NCBI GenBank assembly: GCA_028818755.1
Contig: JAPPNF010000108.1
Coordinates: 10,259 to 74,258 of the forward strand
Direction: 5' to 3'
DNA: 64,000 bases
Origin: Deltaproteobacteria bacterium
GTDB lineage: Bacteria > Desulfobacterota > Binatia > UBA9968 > JAJDTQ01
Below the pieces are notes generated by a model, which was not told the origin of the DNA, ran no database searches, and worked only from the letters and a program-made list of their open reading frames with translations. Below, piece by piece: positions 27,723 through 36,504 of the stretch (the stretch's first letter is position 1; the number at the start of each line of letters is the position of its first letter). The position numbers and the translations under genes were made by a program.

Positions 27723-29183
27723 ATGGATGCTTCGATGGACACTCACGATCTGACCATCGCCGAGGCCGCGCACCGCATCGAGGCGCGGGAGGTCTCTCCG
27801 GTGGAGCTGACCCAGGCGTACCTGGATCGCATTGACCGGCTGGACCCCGAGATCAACACTTTCGTCACCCTGACCCGGGAGCGGGCCCTGGACGATGCCG
27901 CCCGGGCCGAGGCCGACATTGCCGCAGGGCGTTATCGCGGTGCGCTGCACGGCATTCCTGTTTCCATCAAGGACAGTCTCGCCACTGCCGGTGTCCGCAC
28001 CACCGCGGGCGCCAAGCACCTGTCCGACTGGATTCCGGACGAGGACGCCACCGTGGTGGCCCGCCTCAAGGAGGCCGGGGCGGTGATCCTGGGCAAGACC
28101 AACATGCACGAGTGGGCCGCCGGCTGCACCACCATCAATCCCTACTACGGCACCACCCGCAATCCATGGGACCGGAACCGCGTCTCGGGCGGTTCCAGCG
28201 GCGGCTCGGCGGCGTCCGTGGCCGCGGGTCTGGCCCTGGGGTCCATCGGCACCGACAACGCCGGCTCGGTGCGCAATCCGGCCTCCTTGTGCGGCGTCGT
28301 GGGCCTGAAGGCCACCTATGGTCGAGTGAGCCGCGTCGGCGGCGTCGCCGGCACCGGCGGCTACTCCACGGACCATTTCGGGGTGCTTACCCGCACGGTG
28401 CGGGACAGCGCGCTGATGCTTCAGGCCATCGCCGGCCCGGACCCGAAGGATCCCTTGTCGAGCGACGCCCCGGTGCCGGACTTCGGCGCACTTCTCGGCG
28501 AGGGCGTGGCGGGCCTCAAGGTCGGCATCATCCGAGACTACTTCGACGATTTGGCGGTGGACGAAGTCAAGGAGGTGGTGGCCGATGCGGTGAAGTTGCT
28601 GGAGTCCCTGGGCATGTCCGTGCAGGAGTTGCCGGTTCCGTACATGGAGCACGTCCCCATGGTACAGCTCGTGACCGCACGGGCCGAGAATCTGTCTCCG
28701 GCGGAGCCGTTCCTGCGCACCCGGCCGCGGGACTACAGCCCGGGGTTGATGAACCGGCAGATTCTCGCGCTGACGCTTCCCGCCCATGCATACGTCACCG
28801 CGCAACGGGTCCGCCGCCTCATCTGCGAAGCCTTCGACCGGGCCTTCGAGCAGGTGGACGTGATCGTGAGCCCGGCGGTGAGCATGCCGGCGGAGACCAT
28901 CGAGGAGTGCGAGCAAGGCTACGTGGAATCGGCCGGAGGGCGTATCCTGTTGTCCGACGCCCGCGGCACCCGCGGGACGCTCTGCACGATCCCGTTCAAC
29001 GTCACCGGCGCACCCGCGGTGAGCGTCCCCTGCGGCTTTTCCTCCCAGGGCCTCCCCATCGGGCTGCAGATCGCCGCGCCCCATTTCCAGGAACCGGCGC
29101 TGTTGCTGGTGGCCCACGCCTACGAGCAGGCGGCGGGATGGCATGGCCGTAGGCCGCCGGTAGGTTGGGAGCCGGCGCCGTAG
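27723..29183 (+). CDS. Amidase (amidase-signature family, GatA-like)
   Basis: 486 aa; GIPVSIKD, GGSSGGSAASVAAG signature. Confidence 0.85.
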   Translation: MDASMDTHDLTIAEAAHRIEAREVSPVELTQAYLDRIDRLDPEINTFVTLTRERALDDAARAEADIAAGRYRGALHGIPVSIKDSLATAGVRTTAGAKHLSDWIPDEDATVVARLKEAGAVILGKTNMHEWAAGCTTINPYYGTTRNPWDRNRVSGGSSGGSAASVAAGLALGSIGTDNAGSVRNPASLCGVVGLKATYGRVSRVGGVAGTGGYSTDHFGVLTRTVRDSALMLQAIAGPDPKDPLSSDAPVPDFGALLGEGVAGLKVGIIRDYFDDLAVDEVKEVVADAVKLLESLGMSVQELPVPYMEHVPMVQLVTARAENLSPAEPFLRTRPRDYSPGLMNRQILALTLPAHAYVTAQRVRRLICEAFDRAFEQVDVIVSPAVSMPAETIEECEQGYVESAGGRILLSDARGTRGTLCTIPFNVTGAPAVSVPCGFSSQGLPIGLQIAAPHFQEPALLLVAHAYEQAAGWHGRRPPVGWEPAP

Positions 29184-29211
29184 AAAGTTGCTGGAACCCG
29201 TCATTGTCCTG

Positions 29212-29248
29212 CCCCCTCTCCCTCTGGGAGAGGGTTGGGGTGAGGGTG
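29212..29248. repeat. Palindromic repeat CCCTCTCCC-TCT-GGGAGAGGG + GGTGAGGG tail
   Basis: Read directly; 9-bp perfect stem. Confidence 0.7.
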
Positions 29249-29308
29249 CCCGGCTCGAGCAGCCTGCGCTCAAGGGCGGGGAACAGGAGGGGCAGGGATT
29301 GTCGGGGC

Positions 29309-29353
29309 GCCCTCACCCGGCCTTCGGCCACCCTCTCCCAGAGGGAGAGGGGT
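29309..29353. repeat. Same palindromic repeat family, inverted orientation (CCCTCACCC ... CCCTCTCCC-AGA-GGGAGAGGG)
   Basis: The reverse complement matches the 29212 copy apart from a short insertion. Confidence 0.7.
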
Positions 29354-29392
29354 TGACGATACCGGGCCTGGAGAAGGTCGCTAGGAGGCCTT

Positions 29393-30466
29393 ATGAGACA
29401 CCGAGACGTAGGCGTGCTGGTTTACGACAGGGCCAAGGCGACGCCGGGCTACACGCTGATCGTACCGCAGTCGTCACGCAAGGCATACCTCATCGGGATG
29501 CGTGGCGAGGTGCTCCACGAGTGGTCTTTCCCGCTGTGTCCGGGGAACTACGCGTATCTCCTCCCTACAGGCAACCTGCTCTGGGCCGGCCGGGTGGAGG
29601 ACGCGGGGCCGCCGCTTTGGCGCGGCAAGGGCGGCCTTCTGCGGGAATACACCTGGGACGGAGAAGTGGTCTGGGAGTACTCCGACCCGGCTCAGCACCA
29701 CGACTTCCGCAGACGCCCCGATGGCAACACCATCTACATCGGCTGGGAACCGGTGCCGGCGGATGTCCAGCCGCGCATCAAGGGCGGCTATCCTGACAGC
29801 GAGCACGACGGCGTCACCTACGGCGACTATGTGCGCGAGGTGTCACCCTCGGGCGAGACGGTGTGGGAATGGCACGCATGGCGTGACCTGGACCTGGATC
29901 GATGGGAACTCTGCCATAGCTGCGGCCGCGACGAGTTTGCCCATGCCAACGCCTGTTTCCCGCTTGACGACGGCGGCGTGATGCTGAGCTTCAGGCGCCT
30001 CAACGCCATCATGATGATCGACCGCGAGACCTGCAGGGTGAAGTGGTCGCATCAGGACGCCACCTGGGGCCACCAGCACGACTGCACGGTGCTGCCCAAC
30101 GGCAACGTCCTGCTCTTTGCCAACGGCATTCACGGTCTGGACAACCCGTTCTCCCGGGTCATCGAGCTCGACCCCAAGTCGGGGGAAACCGTCTGGCACT
30201 ACCGGGGCTCGCCCATCTGGACGTTCTTCAGTCCCAACATCAGCGGCGCCCAGCGCTTCGCCAACGGCAACACCCTCATCTGCGAGGGGCAGATGGGACG
30301 AGCCTTCGAGGTCACCCAGGCGGGCGAGATCGTCTGGGAGTACGTCTGCCCGTTCTTCGCCGACTACCAGGGCCGCGGTCCGGCCAACAGCATGTTCCGG
30401 GTCTACCGCTACGCCGCCGACTCGCCGGAGATCGGCGGGCGGCTGGCGAGTCCGGTGGGATGGTAG
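29393..30466 (+). CDS. Arylsulfotransferase (ASST)-like beta-propeller protein
   Basis: 357 aa; repeated W-E-Y/W-H blades, HHDF, GHQHD motifs resembling Arylsulfotran_2 family; AGGAGG upstream. Confidence 0.5.
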   Translation: MRHRDVGVLVYDRAKATPGYTLIVPQSSRKAYLIGMRGEVLHEWSFPLCPGNYAYLLPTGNLLWAGRVEDAGPPLWRGKGGLLREYTWDGEVVWEYSDPAQHHDFRRRPDGNTIYIGWEPVPADVQPRIKGGYPDSEHDGVTYGDYVREVSPSGETVWEWHAWRDLDLDRWELCHSCGRDEFAHANACFPLDDGGVMLSFRRLNAIMMIDRETCRVKWSHQDATWGHQHDCTVLPNGNVLLFANGIHGLDNPFSRVIELDPKSGETVWHYRGSPIWTFFSPNISGAQRFANGNTLICEGQMGRAFEVTQAGEIVWEYVCPFFADYQGRGPANSMFRVYRYAADSPEIGGRLASPVGW

Positions 30467-30499
30467 GGGAGCGGCAAGGGAAGCATCAGGAGAACGACC

Positions 30500-31702
30500 G
30501 TGACCGCAATCCGAGTCCTCGTGGGCACCCGAAAAGGAGCCTTCGTCCTGACGGCCGACGGCGCGCGCCGGAACTGGTCCGTGGCGGGGCCGTATTTCGC
30601 CGGCTGGGAGATCTTCCACATGAAGGGCTCCCTGGCAGACCCCGACCGCATCTACACGTCGCAGAGCGGTGGTTGGTTCGGGCAGATCATTCAGCGCTCC
30701 AGCGACGGCGGCCTGACCTGGGAGCAGCCGGGATCGGACCCGCCGGAGCAGGATGTTTCACCCGGCGACGCCGCGAGCCCGCCGATGCCGCGGGGTGAAA
30801 GCAACAAGTTCGTCTACGACACTTCCGAGGAAACCGGCCGCCCGCTGACCACCCACCAGTGGTACGACGGCACACCGCACCCGTGGGAGTTCGCGCGGGT
30901 GTGGCACCTGGAGCCCTCGCTCACCGATCCCGATGTCGTCTACGCCGGCGTCGAGGACGCCGCGCTGTTCCGCACCACCGACGGCGGGGAGTCGTGGCAC
31001 GAGCTCGCGGGCCTCCGCGGCCACGATTCAGGTACGGCGTGGATGCCGGGGGCGGGCGGCATGTGCCTGCATACGATCCTGCTCGATCCGAAGCACCCGG
31101 AACGGATGTTCGTCGCCATCTCCGCGGCGGGTTCGTTCCGTACCGAGGACGGCGGCCGCACCTGGCACCCCATCAACCGCGGCCTGCACTCGCAGTTCAT
31201 GCCCGATCCCACCGCCGAGATCGGCCACTGCGTGCACCGCCTGGCGTTGCATCCGTCGAATCCCGACACCCTGTTCATGCAGAAGCATTGGGACGTGATG
31301 CGCAGCGATGACGCCGGCGCCAACTGGCACGAGGTCAGCGGCAACCTGCCGAGCGACTTCGGCTTTCCCATCCAAGTTCATGCGCACGAGCCCGAGACCG
31401 TGTACGTCGTGCCCATCAAGAGCGACTCGGAGCACTTTCCGCCCGAGGGGAAGCTGCGCGTCTACCGGAGCCGTACCGGCGGCAACGAATGGGAGGCGCT
31501 GACGGACGGACTGCCCCAGAAGGACTGCTACGTAAACGTGCTGCGGGACGCCATGACCGTCGATTCGCTCGATCCTTGCGGCATCTATTTCGGCACTACG
31601 GGCGGGCAGGTGTACGTATCGCCGGACGGCGGCGATCACTGGTCGGCCATCGTCCGGGACCTGCCGAGCATCCTTTCCGTGGAGGTGCAGACCCTGCCGT
31701 GA
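30500..31702 (+). CDS. BNR/sialidase-like (WD40/YVTN/BNR repeat) beta-propeller protein
   Basis: 400 aa; repeated S-x-D-x-G-x-T-W type motifs ([45 protein letters not shown]). Confidence 0.7.
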   Translation: MTAIRVLVGTRKGAFVLTADGARRNWSVAGPYFAGWEIFHMKGSLADPDRIYTSQSGGWFGQIIQRSSDGGLTWEQPGSDPPEQDVSPGDAASPPMPRGESNKFVYDTSEETGRPLTTHQWYDGTPHPWEFARVWHLEPSLTDPDVVYAGVEDAALFRTTDGGESWHELAGLRGHDSGTAWMPGAGGMCLHTILLDPKHPERMFVAISAAGSFRTEDGGRTWHPINRGLHSQFMPDPTAEIGHCVHRLALHPSNPDTLFMQKHWDVMRSDDAGANWHEVSGNLPSDFGFPIQVHAHEPETVYVVPIKSDSEHFPPEGKLRVYRSRTGGNEWEALTDGLPQKDCYVNVLRDAMTVDSLDPCGIYFGTTGGQVYVSPDGGDHWSAIVRDLPSILSVEVQTLP

Positions 31703-31995
31703 TCCGCGTCGTGCTACCCTATCACTTGCAAACGCTCGCCGGCATCCGCTCCGAGGTGACGCTGGCGGTGGTCGGGCCGGTGACGCGGGACAGCGTGCTG
31801 GACGCCCTCGAAGCGCGCTACCCGATGCTCCGAGGCACGATCCGTGATCACGTGACGCGAAGGCGGCGGCCGATGGTACGGTTCTTCGCCTGCAAGGAGG
31901 ACGTGACCCACGAGGCGCCGGACGCACCGCTGCCGGATGCCGTGGCATCGGGCGCGGAGCCCCTGCTCATCGTAGGAGCTATCGCCGGAGGGTAG
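31699..31995 (+). CDS. MoaD/ThiS-like ubiquitin-fold (beta-grasp) protein ending in Gly-Gly
   Basis: 98 aa; GTG overlaps the upstream TGA (GTGA); [15 protein letters not shown]...[12 protein letters not shown] matches the MoaD/ThiS pattern with terminal GG. Confidence 0.6.
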   Translation: MIRVVLPYHLQTLAGIRSEVTLAVVGPVTRDSVLDALEARYPMLRGTIRDHVTRRRRPMVRFFACKEDVTHEAPDAPLPDAVASGAEPLLIVGAIAGG

Positions 31996-32061
31996 GGCTA
32001 CCCCGAGAATTCGGCGCCTGTCCCCGGATCCTCCGGGTACACGCCGCGCCTTGGAACTCTC

Positions 32062-32940
32062 TCACGCCTTCCGGACATGCAGGATTCCCCACTGCAGGTA
32101 GCCGCGTTCCCCGCCGTCTACCCAGTGCCGCAGGCCGGTCTTGACGCGTTGGACATGATCGGCGCCGCACTGCTTCGACAGCTCCTGCTCATTGGCGAGC
32201 AGTCCCTCGAGGATCCGCCCGTAGTGGGTGGCCAGGTGCGGCGTGAGGTCGACGAACTCCAGTTCCTCGAAACCCAGCTCCGACAGCATGGCCCGGTATT
32301 CCCGAAGGGATCCCAGGGAATCCAGGTGGACGCGGTCGAGGATGGGTTGCAGGGCTTCGGGAGGGCAGGATTCACCCACCATGGGATCGGTGAAGATGAA
32401 CTGTCCGCCCTTGCGCAGCACCCGGCCGACTTCGGCGAAGACCTGCTTTCGCCGGGTGCTGTGCAGGATGGCGTCCTGGGACCACACCACATCGAAGCTC
32501 CCATCCGTCACGGGGATGTCTTCGAAGCTCCCGTCCACCACGTTGATGGCCAGGGAGCACCTGTCCCTGGCATTGAGGTCCCGGTTGCGCGCGTTCTGGG
32601 CGTCGCTCAGGTTGAGGCATGCCACGTGGCAGCCGAATCGGCGGAACAGGTAACGGGCCGACCCGCCATGGCCCGCGCCGATGTCCAGCACACGGGTGCG
32701 GGGGCTCAGTCCGTGGACCATGGAGGCGATTCTCTCCACGGTCCGCAGGCCGGCTTCGTCGACCGTATCCCGGTCGCTCTCGTAGATGCCCAGATGAAGG
32801 TGCTCGTCGCCGTACGAAGTATCGTAGATGCGGCGCACGTCACCGCTGTTGTAGTAGCACCTGACCGCCTCAACGGCCTCGGAATAGGGGCCCGCCACGG
32901 GCCCCCCACCGGGCCGGGCGGACCCGCCTGTCCCATCCAT
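32062..32940 (-). CDS. Sarcosine/dimethylglycine N-methyltransferase
   Basis: 292 aa; collinear with halophile SDMT as recalled (YYNS.D..., VLDIGAGHGGSARYL, CLNLSDAQNARNR, VVWSQDAILHS, FTDPM, LDSLGS, GLRHWV). Confidence 0.8.
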   Translation of the reverse strand: MDGTGGSARPGGGPVAGPYSEAVEAVRCYYNSGDVRRIYDTSYGDEHLHLGIYESDRDTVDEAGLRTVERIASMVHGLSPRTRVLDIGAGHGGSARYLFRRFGCHVACLNLSDAQNARNRDLNARDRCSLAINVVDGSFEDIPVTDGSFDVVWSQDAILHSTRRKQVFAEVGRVLRKGGQFIFTDPMVGESCPPEALQPILDRVHLDSLGSLREYRAMLSELGFEELEFVDLTPHLATHYGRILEGLLANEQELSKQCGADHVQRVKTGLRHWVDGGERGYLQWGILHVRKA

Positions 32941-32952
32941 CCGTCAATTCCT

Positions 32953-34605
32953 TCAAACCTTCCGGAAATGGAGAATGCCCCACTGGAGATGGCCTTTGTT
33001 GCCGCCGTCCACCCAGTGCTGCAGGCCGGCCTTCATCCGGTCGATGTACTCGGCGCTGCACACTTTCAGCAGATCCCAGTGATTGGCCTGCACCTCGTCC
33101 AGGACCCGCGCGTAGTGGGTGGCGAGTTGTGGCGTAAGGTCGACGAACTCCAGCTCCTCGAAGCCCAGTTCCGCCAGCATCGTCCGATAGCGCGGAACCG
33201 ACCCCAGGGAATCGAGATGGATACGGTCCAGGATGGGCTGCAGCACGTCCGGCGGACAATCCGAGTGTTGCATGGGATCGGTGAAGATGAACTGTCCGCC
33301 CTGGGCGAGGACCCGGTCCACTTCGTTGAACACCTGCCGCCGATCGTCGCTGTGCAGGATGGCGTCCTGGGACCACACCACGTCGACGCTGTCGTCCGGC
33401 AAGGGTATCTGCTCGAAGCTCCCGTCCACGACGTTGATTGCCAGAGAACACTTTCTCCGGGCGTTGAGGTCGCGATTGCGCGCGTTCTGGACCTCGCTCA
33501 GGTTCAGGCATCCGACCTGGCAGCCGTAATTGTCGACCAGGTAACGGGCCGACCCGCCGTACCCGGAGCCGATGTCCAGCACGCGAGTGGTGGGCTCCAG
33601 CCCCTCGATCATGGACGCCATCCTCCGCACCGTCCTGCGGCTGGCGTCGAAGATGGTGTCGCCCTCGCCCTCGTAGAGGCCGACGTGGATGTCCTCGCCG
33701 CCCCACACGGTGGCGTAGAAGCGGTCGGCGTCGTTGCTGTTGTAGTAGTCCCGCGCCGTCTCCACCGTTTGGGAATACGTGGCTCCCACCGCCACTCTGG
33801 CGGGCCGTTCCTCGTTCTTGTAGATCTTCTCCGCCACGTGGATGAAGAAGTCCGGGTCCTCCACCCGGTGGGTTTCCTGGAAGTCGGCGAAGGTCTTCAC
33901 CTGCTGGAAGCCGACCTCGCCCATGAGCTTTCGGACGTAGTCCTTGCGCAGCGGGAACATGTTCAGGTGAAACACCGAGTTGTCGGGGAACTCGTAGCGG
34001 AACCGGGCCAGTCCCTCGTCCACGTACTCGGGCTCGGCGCTGACGTTGTCGCCACAGTAGTAGTAGACGTGCTTGGAAGTGAACCCATCGTCTAGGATGC
34101 CGTCATAGTTGCGTTGGTCCAGGACCAGGACGCCGTCGTGCTGCAGCACCGAGTAGAACTCGGCGAGGGCCTTCCGGCGATCCTGCTCCGAGAACAGATG
34201 GGTCAGCGAGTTCCCCAGGCAGATGACCGCGTCGTACTGGGTGTGAACGTCCCGGCTCAGCCAACGCCAGTCGGCGTGAAGGGTCTTCATGATGAAGCCG
34301 TGCTCCTTGGCGTTGTCGAAGGCTTGAGCGAGCATCTCCGGACTGCCGTCCGCGCTGGTGACGTCGAACCCGGCCTCCAGGAGCCGGATGGAGTGGAAAC
34401 CGGTCCCGGTGGCCACGTCCAGCACGCGCTCGACACCGCGTTCCTTGAGAATGTTGATGAAGAAATCCCCTTCGCTGGCGGCCCGGGCGTCCCAGTCGAT
34501 GAGCTCGTCCCACTTCCGGACGAAGTCGTGCACGTATTCACGCTTGTACTGGTCGGTCTTCCGCTGGGCGATGGGGTTGTCGCCATATAACTGTTCCTCG
34601 GCCAC
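32953..34605 (-). CDS. Fused glycine/sarcosine N-methyltransferase - sarcosine/dimethylglycine N-methyltransferase
   Basis: N-half matches GSMT (FVRKWDELIDWDARAASEGDFF, VLDVATGTGFHSIRLLEAGFDVTSADGS, NMFPLRKDY, DPDFFIHVAEK), C-half matches SDMT; GTG 34605 with GAGGAGG upstream (ORF track start 34698). Confidence 0.8.
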   Translation of the reverse strand: MAEEQLYGDNPIAQRKTDQYKREYVHDFVRKWDELIDWDARAASEGDFFINILKERGVERVLDVATGTGFHSIRLLEAGFDVTSADGSPEMLAQAFDNAKEHGFIMKTLHADWRWLSRDVHTQYDAVICLGNSLTHLFSEQDRRKALAEFYSVLQHDGVLVLDQRNYDGILDDGFTSKHVYYYCGDNVSAEPEYVDEGLARFRYEFPDNSVFHLNMFPLRKDYVRKLMGEVGFQQVKTFADFQETHRVEDPDFFIHVAEKIYKNEERPARVAVGATYSQTVETARDYYNSNDADRFYATVWGGEDIHVGLYEGEGDTIFDASRRTVRRMASMIEGLEPTTRVLDIGSGYGGSARYLVDNYGCQVGCLNLSEVQNARNRDLNARRKCSLAINVVDGSFEQIPLPDDSVDVVWSQDAILHSDDRRQVFNEVDRVLAQGGQFIFTDPMQHSDCPPDVLQPILDRIHLDSLGSVPRYRTMLAELGFEELEFVDLTPQLATHYARVLDEVQANHWDLLKVCSAEYIDRMKAGLQHWVDGGNKGHLQWGILHFRKV

Positions 34606-34722
34606 GGTACACCTCCTCGGTTGTGGGCCTGACAGCGCCGTTCGCGCCTGCAACGACTCTTTGAGCGCGACCTTGGCAAGACCAGTGGCCCGTAACATGC
34701 GGTCGATTTCAGGCCACCAAAG

Positions 34723-34747
34723 GTTGGGAAGACACTAGTCTCCCAAC
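34723..34747. promoter_or_regulatory. Imperfect palindrome GTTGGGAAGAC-ACTA-GTCTCCCAAC upstream of the betaine methyltransferase operon
   Basis: Read directly; 7+3 bp stem with one bulge; in the divergent intergenic region 34606-34909. Confidence 0.2.
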
Positions 34748-34909
34748 ATTGACCCAACAAAGTCAACCCATCCAGAATCGCCCGGGCGTACAGGCGTATG
34801 GTCAAAGCCTGGCCGCGTTGTGTCTGGATGACGGGAATGCTATAAGGCGCGCACGAATCCGCGGGCGCCCGCTCGCGCAGATCTCAGCCACACAGAGAGG
34901 ACCTTCAAT

Positions 34910-36502
34910 ATGGCGATTTTCGATACCGTGCTTCACGGCGGGGCCATCATCGACGGCGCCGGCAACCCCTGGTACTACGGCGACCTGGCCATCAAGGACG
35001 GCCGCATCGCTGCCATGGGCCGGCTGGACCCGGGCTCGGGGACGCGCTCCATCGACGTCCGGGGCAAGATGGTGACCCCCGGCTACATCGACATGCACAC
35101 CCACAGCGACCAACCGCTGATCAAGGACGGCAACGGCGAGAGCAAAATCCGCCAGGGCGTGACCCTGGACATCATCGGCGAGAGCCAGACCGTGGCGCCG
35201 CTGGTGGGGTCGGTGTTCGAGGAGTACGTGGCCGAGCACCGGCACCGGAGCGGCATCGAGACGGACTGGACGACCTTCAGCGAGTACTTCGACCGGCTCG
35301 CGGCGGGCGGCATCTCCATGAACGTGGCCTCGGGCGTGTCGCCGCAGCAGGTCAAGCGCGTGGTGGTGGGGTTCAAGGAACGTCCGGCCAACGAGGCCGA
35401 GCAGGAGCGGATGAACGCGTACGTGGCTCAGGCCATGGAGCAGGGCGCCCTGGGGCTCACCGCGGCCTGGCACGCCAAGGGGCCGGAGTACCCTGACGAG
35501 GTGGTGTCCATGGCGCGGGTGGCGCGCAGGTACGGCGGCTACTACGGCGTGCACCTGGGGAGCGAGGGCTTCGACATCATGGAGGAGCTGGAGAAGGCGC
35601 TCAAGGTGGGCCGGGAAGCCGACATCCCCATCCACGTGTACCATCTCAAGATGCGCTCCAAGGAGAACTGGGGGCGGGTGATGGAGGTGGTGGAACAGAT
35701 CGAGGAGGCCCGGAGCGAGGGTCTGGACGTCACCGCCAACCAGTATCCCTACACCGCCATGCAGCACCCGTGGCGGCGGCTGTTCCCGCGCTGGGTGCAG
35801 GACGCGCCCGTGCAGGAGACCATCGGCGAGTTCATGAGCCCGTCCTTCCGCCAGCGGGTCATGGACGATCCCGAGTTCACCCAGTACGTGAGCGAGCACG
35901 GCGGCTGGGAAGGCATCGTGGCGGCTCGCCTGGACAAGCCCGAGCACCACGCGTGGGAAGGCAAGACCATCCAGCAGATCGCCGAGATCCGCGGGCAGGA
36001 CCCCGCCAGCACCTGCTTCGACCTGATCTACGGCGAGGGCATCTTCATCCACGGCATCCACCACACCATGCGCGAGCAGGACGTGCAGGACGTCATGCGG
36101 GTGCCCTGGATTTCGGTGTCCTCCGACGGCAGCGCCCTCAACCTCGAGTCCCCCGGCCGGCCGCATCCGCGCAGCTTCGGCACCAACGTGCGCGTGCTCG
36201 GCCGCTACGTGCGCGACGAGAAGGTGCTGACCCTCCCTGACGCGATCCGCAAGATGACCTCGCTGCCGGCCCAGGTGCTGGGGCTCAAGGACCGGGGGCT
36301 GCTCCGGGAAGGGTACTGGGCGGACGTCGTGGTGTTCGACCCCGACACGGTGGCGGACACGGCCACCTTCGATGAGCCCAAGCAGTATCCCAGGGGCGTC
36401 GAGTACGTGTTCGTGAACGGGCAGATGGTGATCGAGAACGGCGACCATACCGGCGCCCGGCCCGGTCGGGTCGTGTACGGCCCGGGTAAGAAGGAGGGGT
36501 GA
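34910..36502 (+). CDS. D-aminoacylase-like (N-acyl-D-amino-acid deacylase family) amidohydrolase
   Basis: 530 aa; DTVLHGGAIIDG...DLAIKDGRIAAMG...VTPGYIDMHTHSD. Confidence 0.75.
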   Translation: MAIFDTVLHGGAIIDGAGNPWYYGDLAIKDGRIAAMGRLDPGSGTRSIDVRGKMVTPGYIDMHTHSDQPLIKDGNGESKIRQGVTLDIIGESQTVAPLVGSVFEEYVAEHRHRSGIETDWTTFSEYFDRLAAGGISMNVASGVSPQQVKRVVVGFKERPANEAEQERMNAYVAQAMEQGALGLTAAWHAKGPEYPDEVVSMARVARRYGGYYGVHLGSEGFDIMEELEKALKVGREADIPIHVYHLKMRSKENWGRVMEVVEQIEEARSEGLDVTANQYPYTAMQHPWRRLFPRWVQDAPVQETIGEFMSPSFRQRVMDDPEFTQYVSEHGGWEGIVAARLDKPEHHAWEGKTIQQIAEIRGQDPASTCFDLIYGEGIFIHGIHHTMREQDVQDVMRVPWISVSSDGSALNLESPGRPHPRSFGTNVRVLGRYVRDEKVLTLPDAIRKMTSLPAQVLGLKDRGLLREGYWADVVVFDPDTVADTATFDEPKQYPRGVEYVFVNGQMVIENGDHTGARPGRVVYGPGKKEG

Positions 36503-36504
36503 GG

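Noticed and set aside
29188-29796. 202-aa plus-strand ORF spanning the 29.2-29.35 kb repeats and the start of the next gene
   Set aside because: Its N-terminal part is a translation of the palindromic repeats (PLPLGEGWGEG / PLPEGEG). The remainder is out of frame with the well-supported ASST-like gene.
34606-34750. SAH, SAM or glycine riboswitch in the leader of the betaine methyltransferase operon (an AACGGCGC string caught the eye)
   Set aside because: I could not reconstruct the conserved helices or pseudoknot of any of these classes from the sequence. A short GC-rich match is expected by chance.
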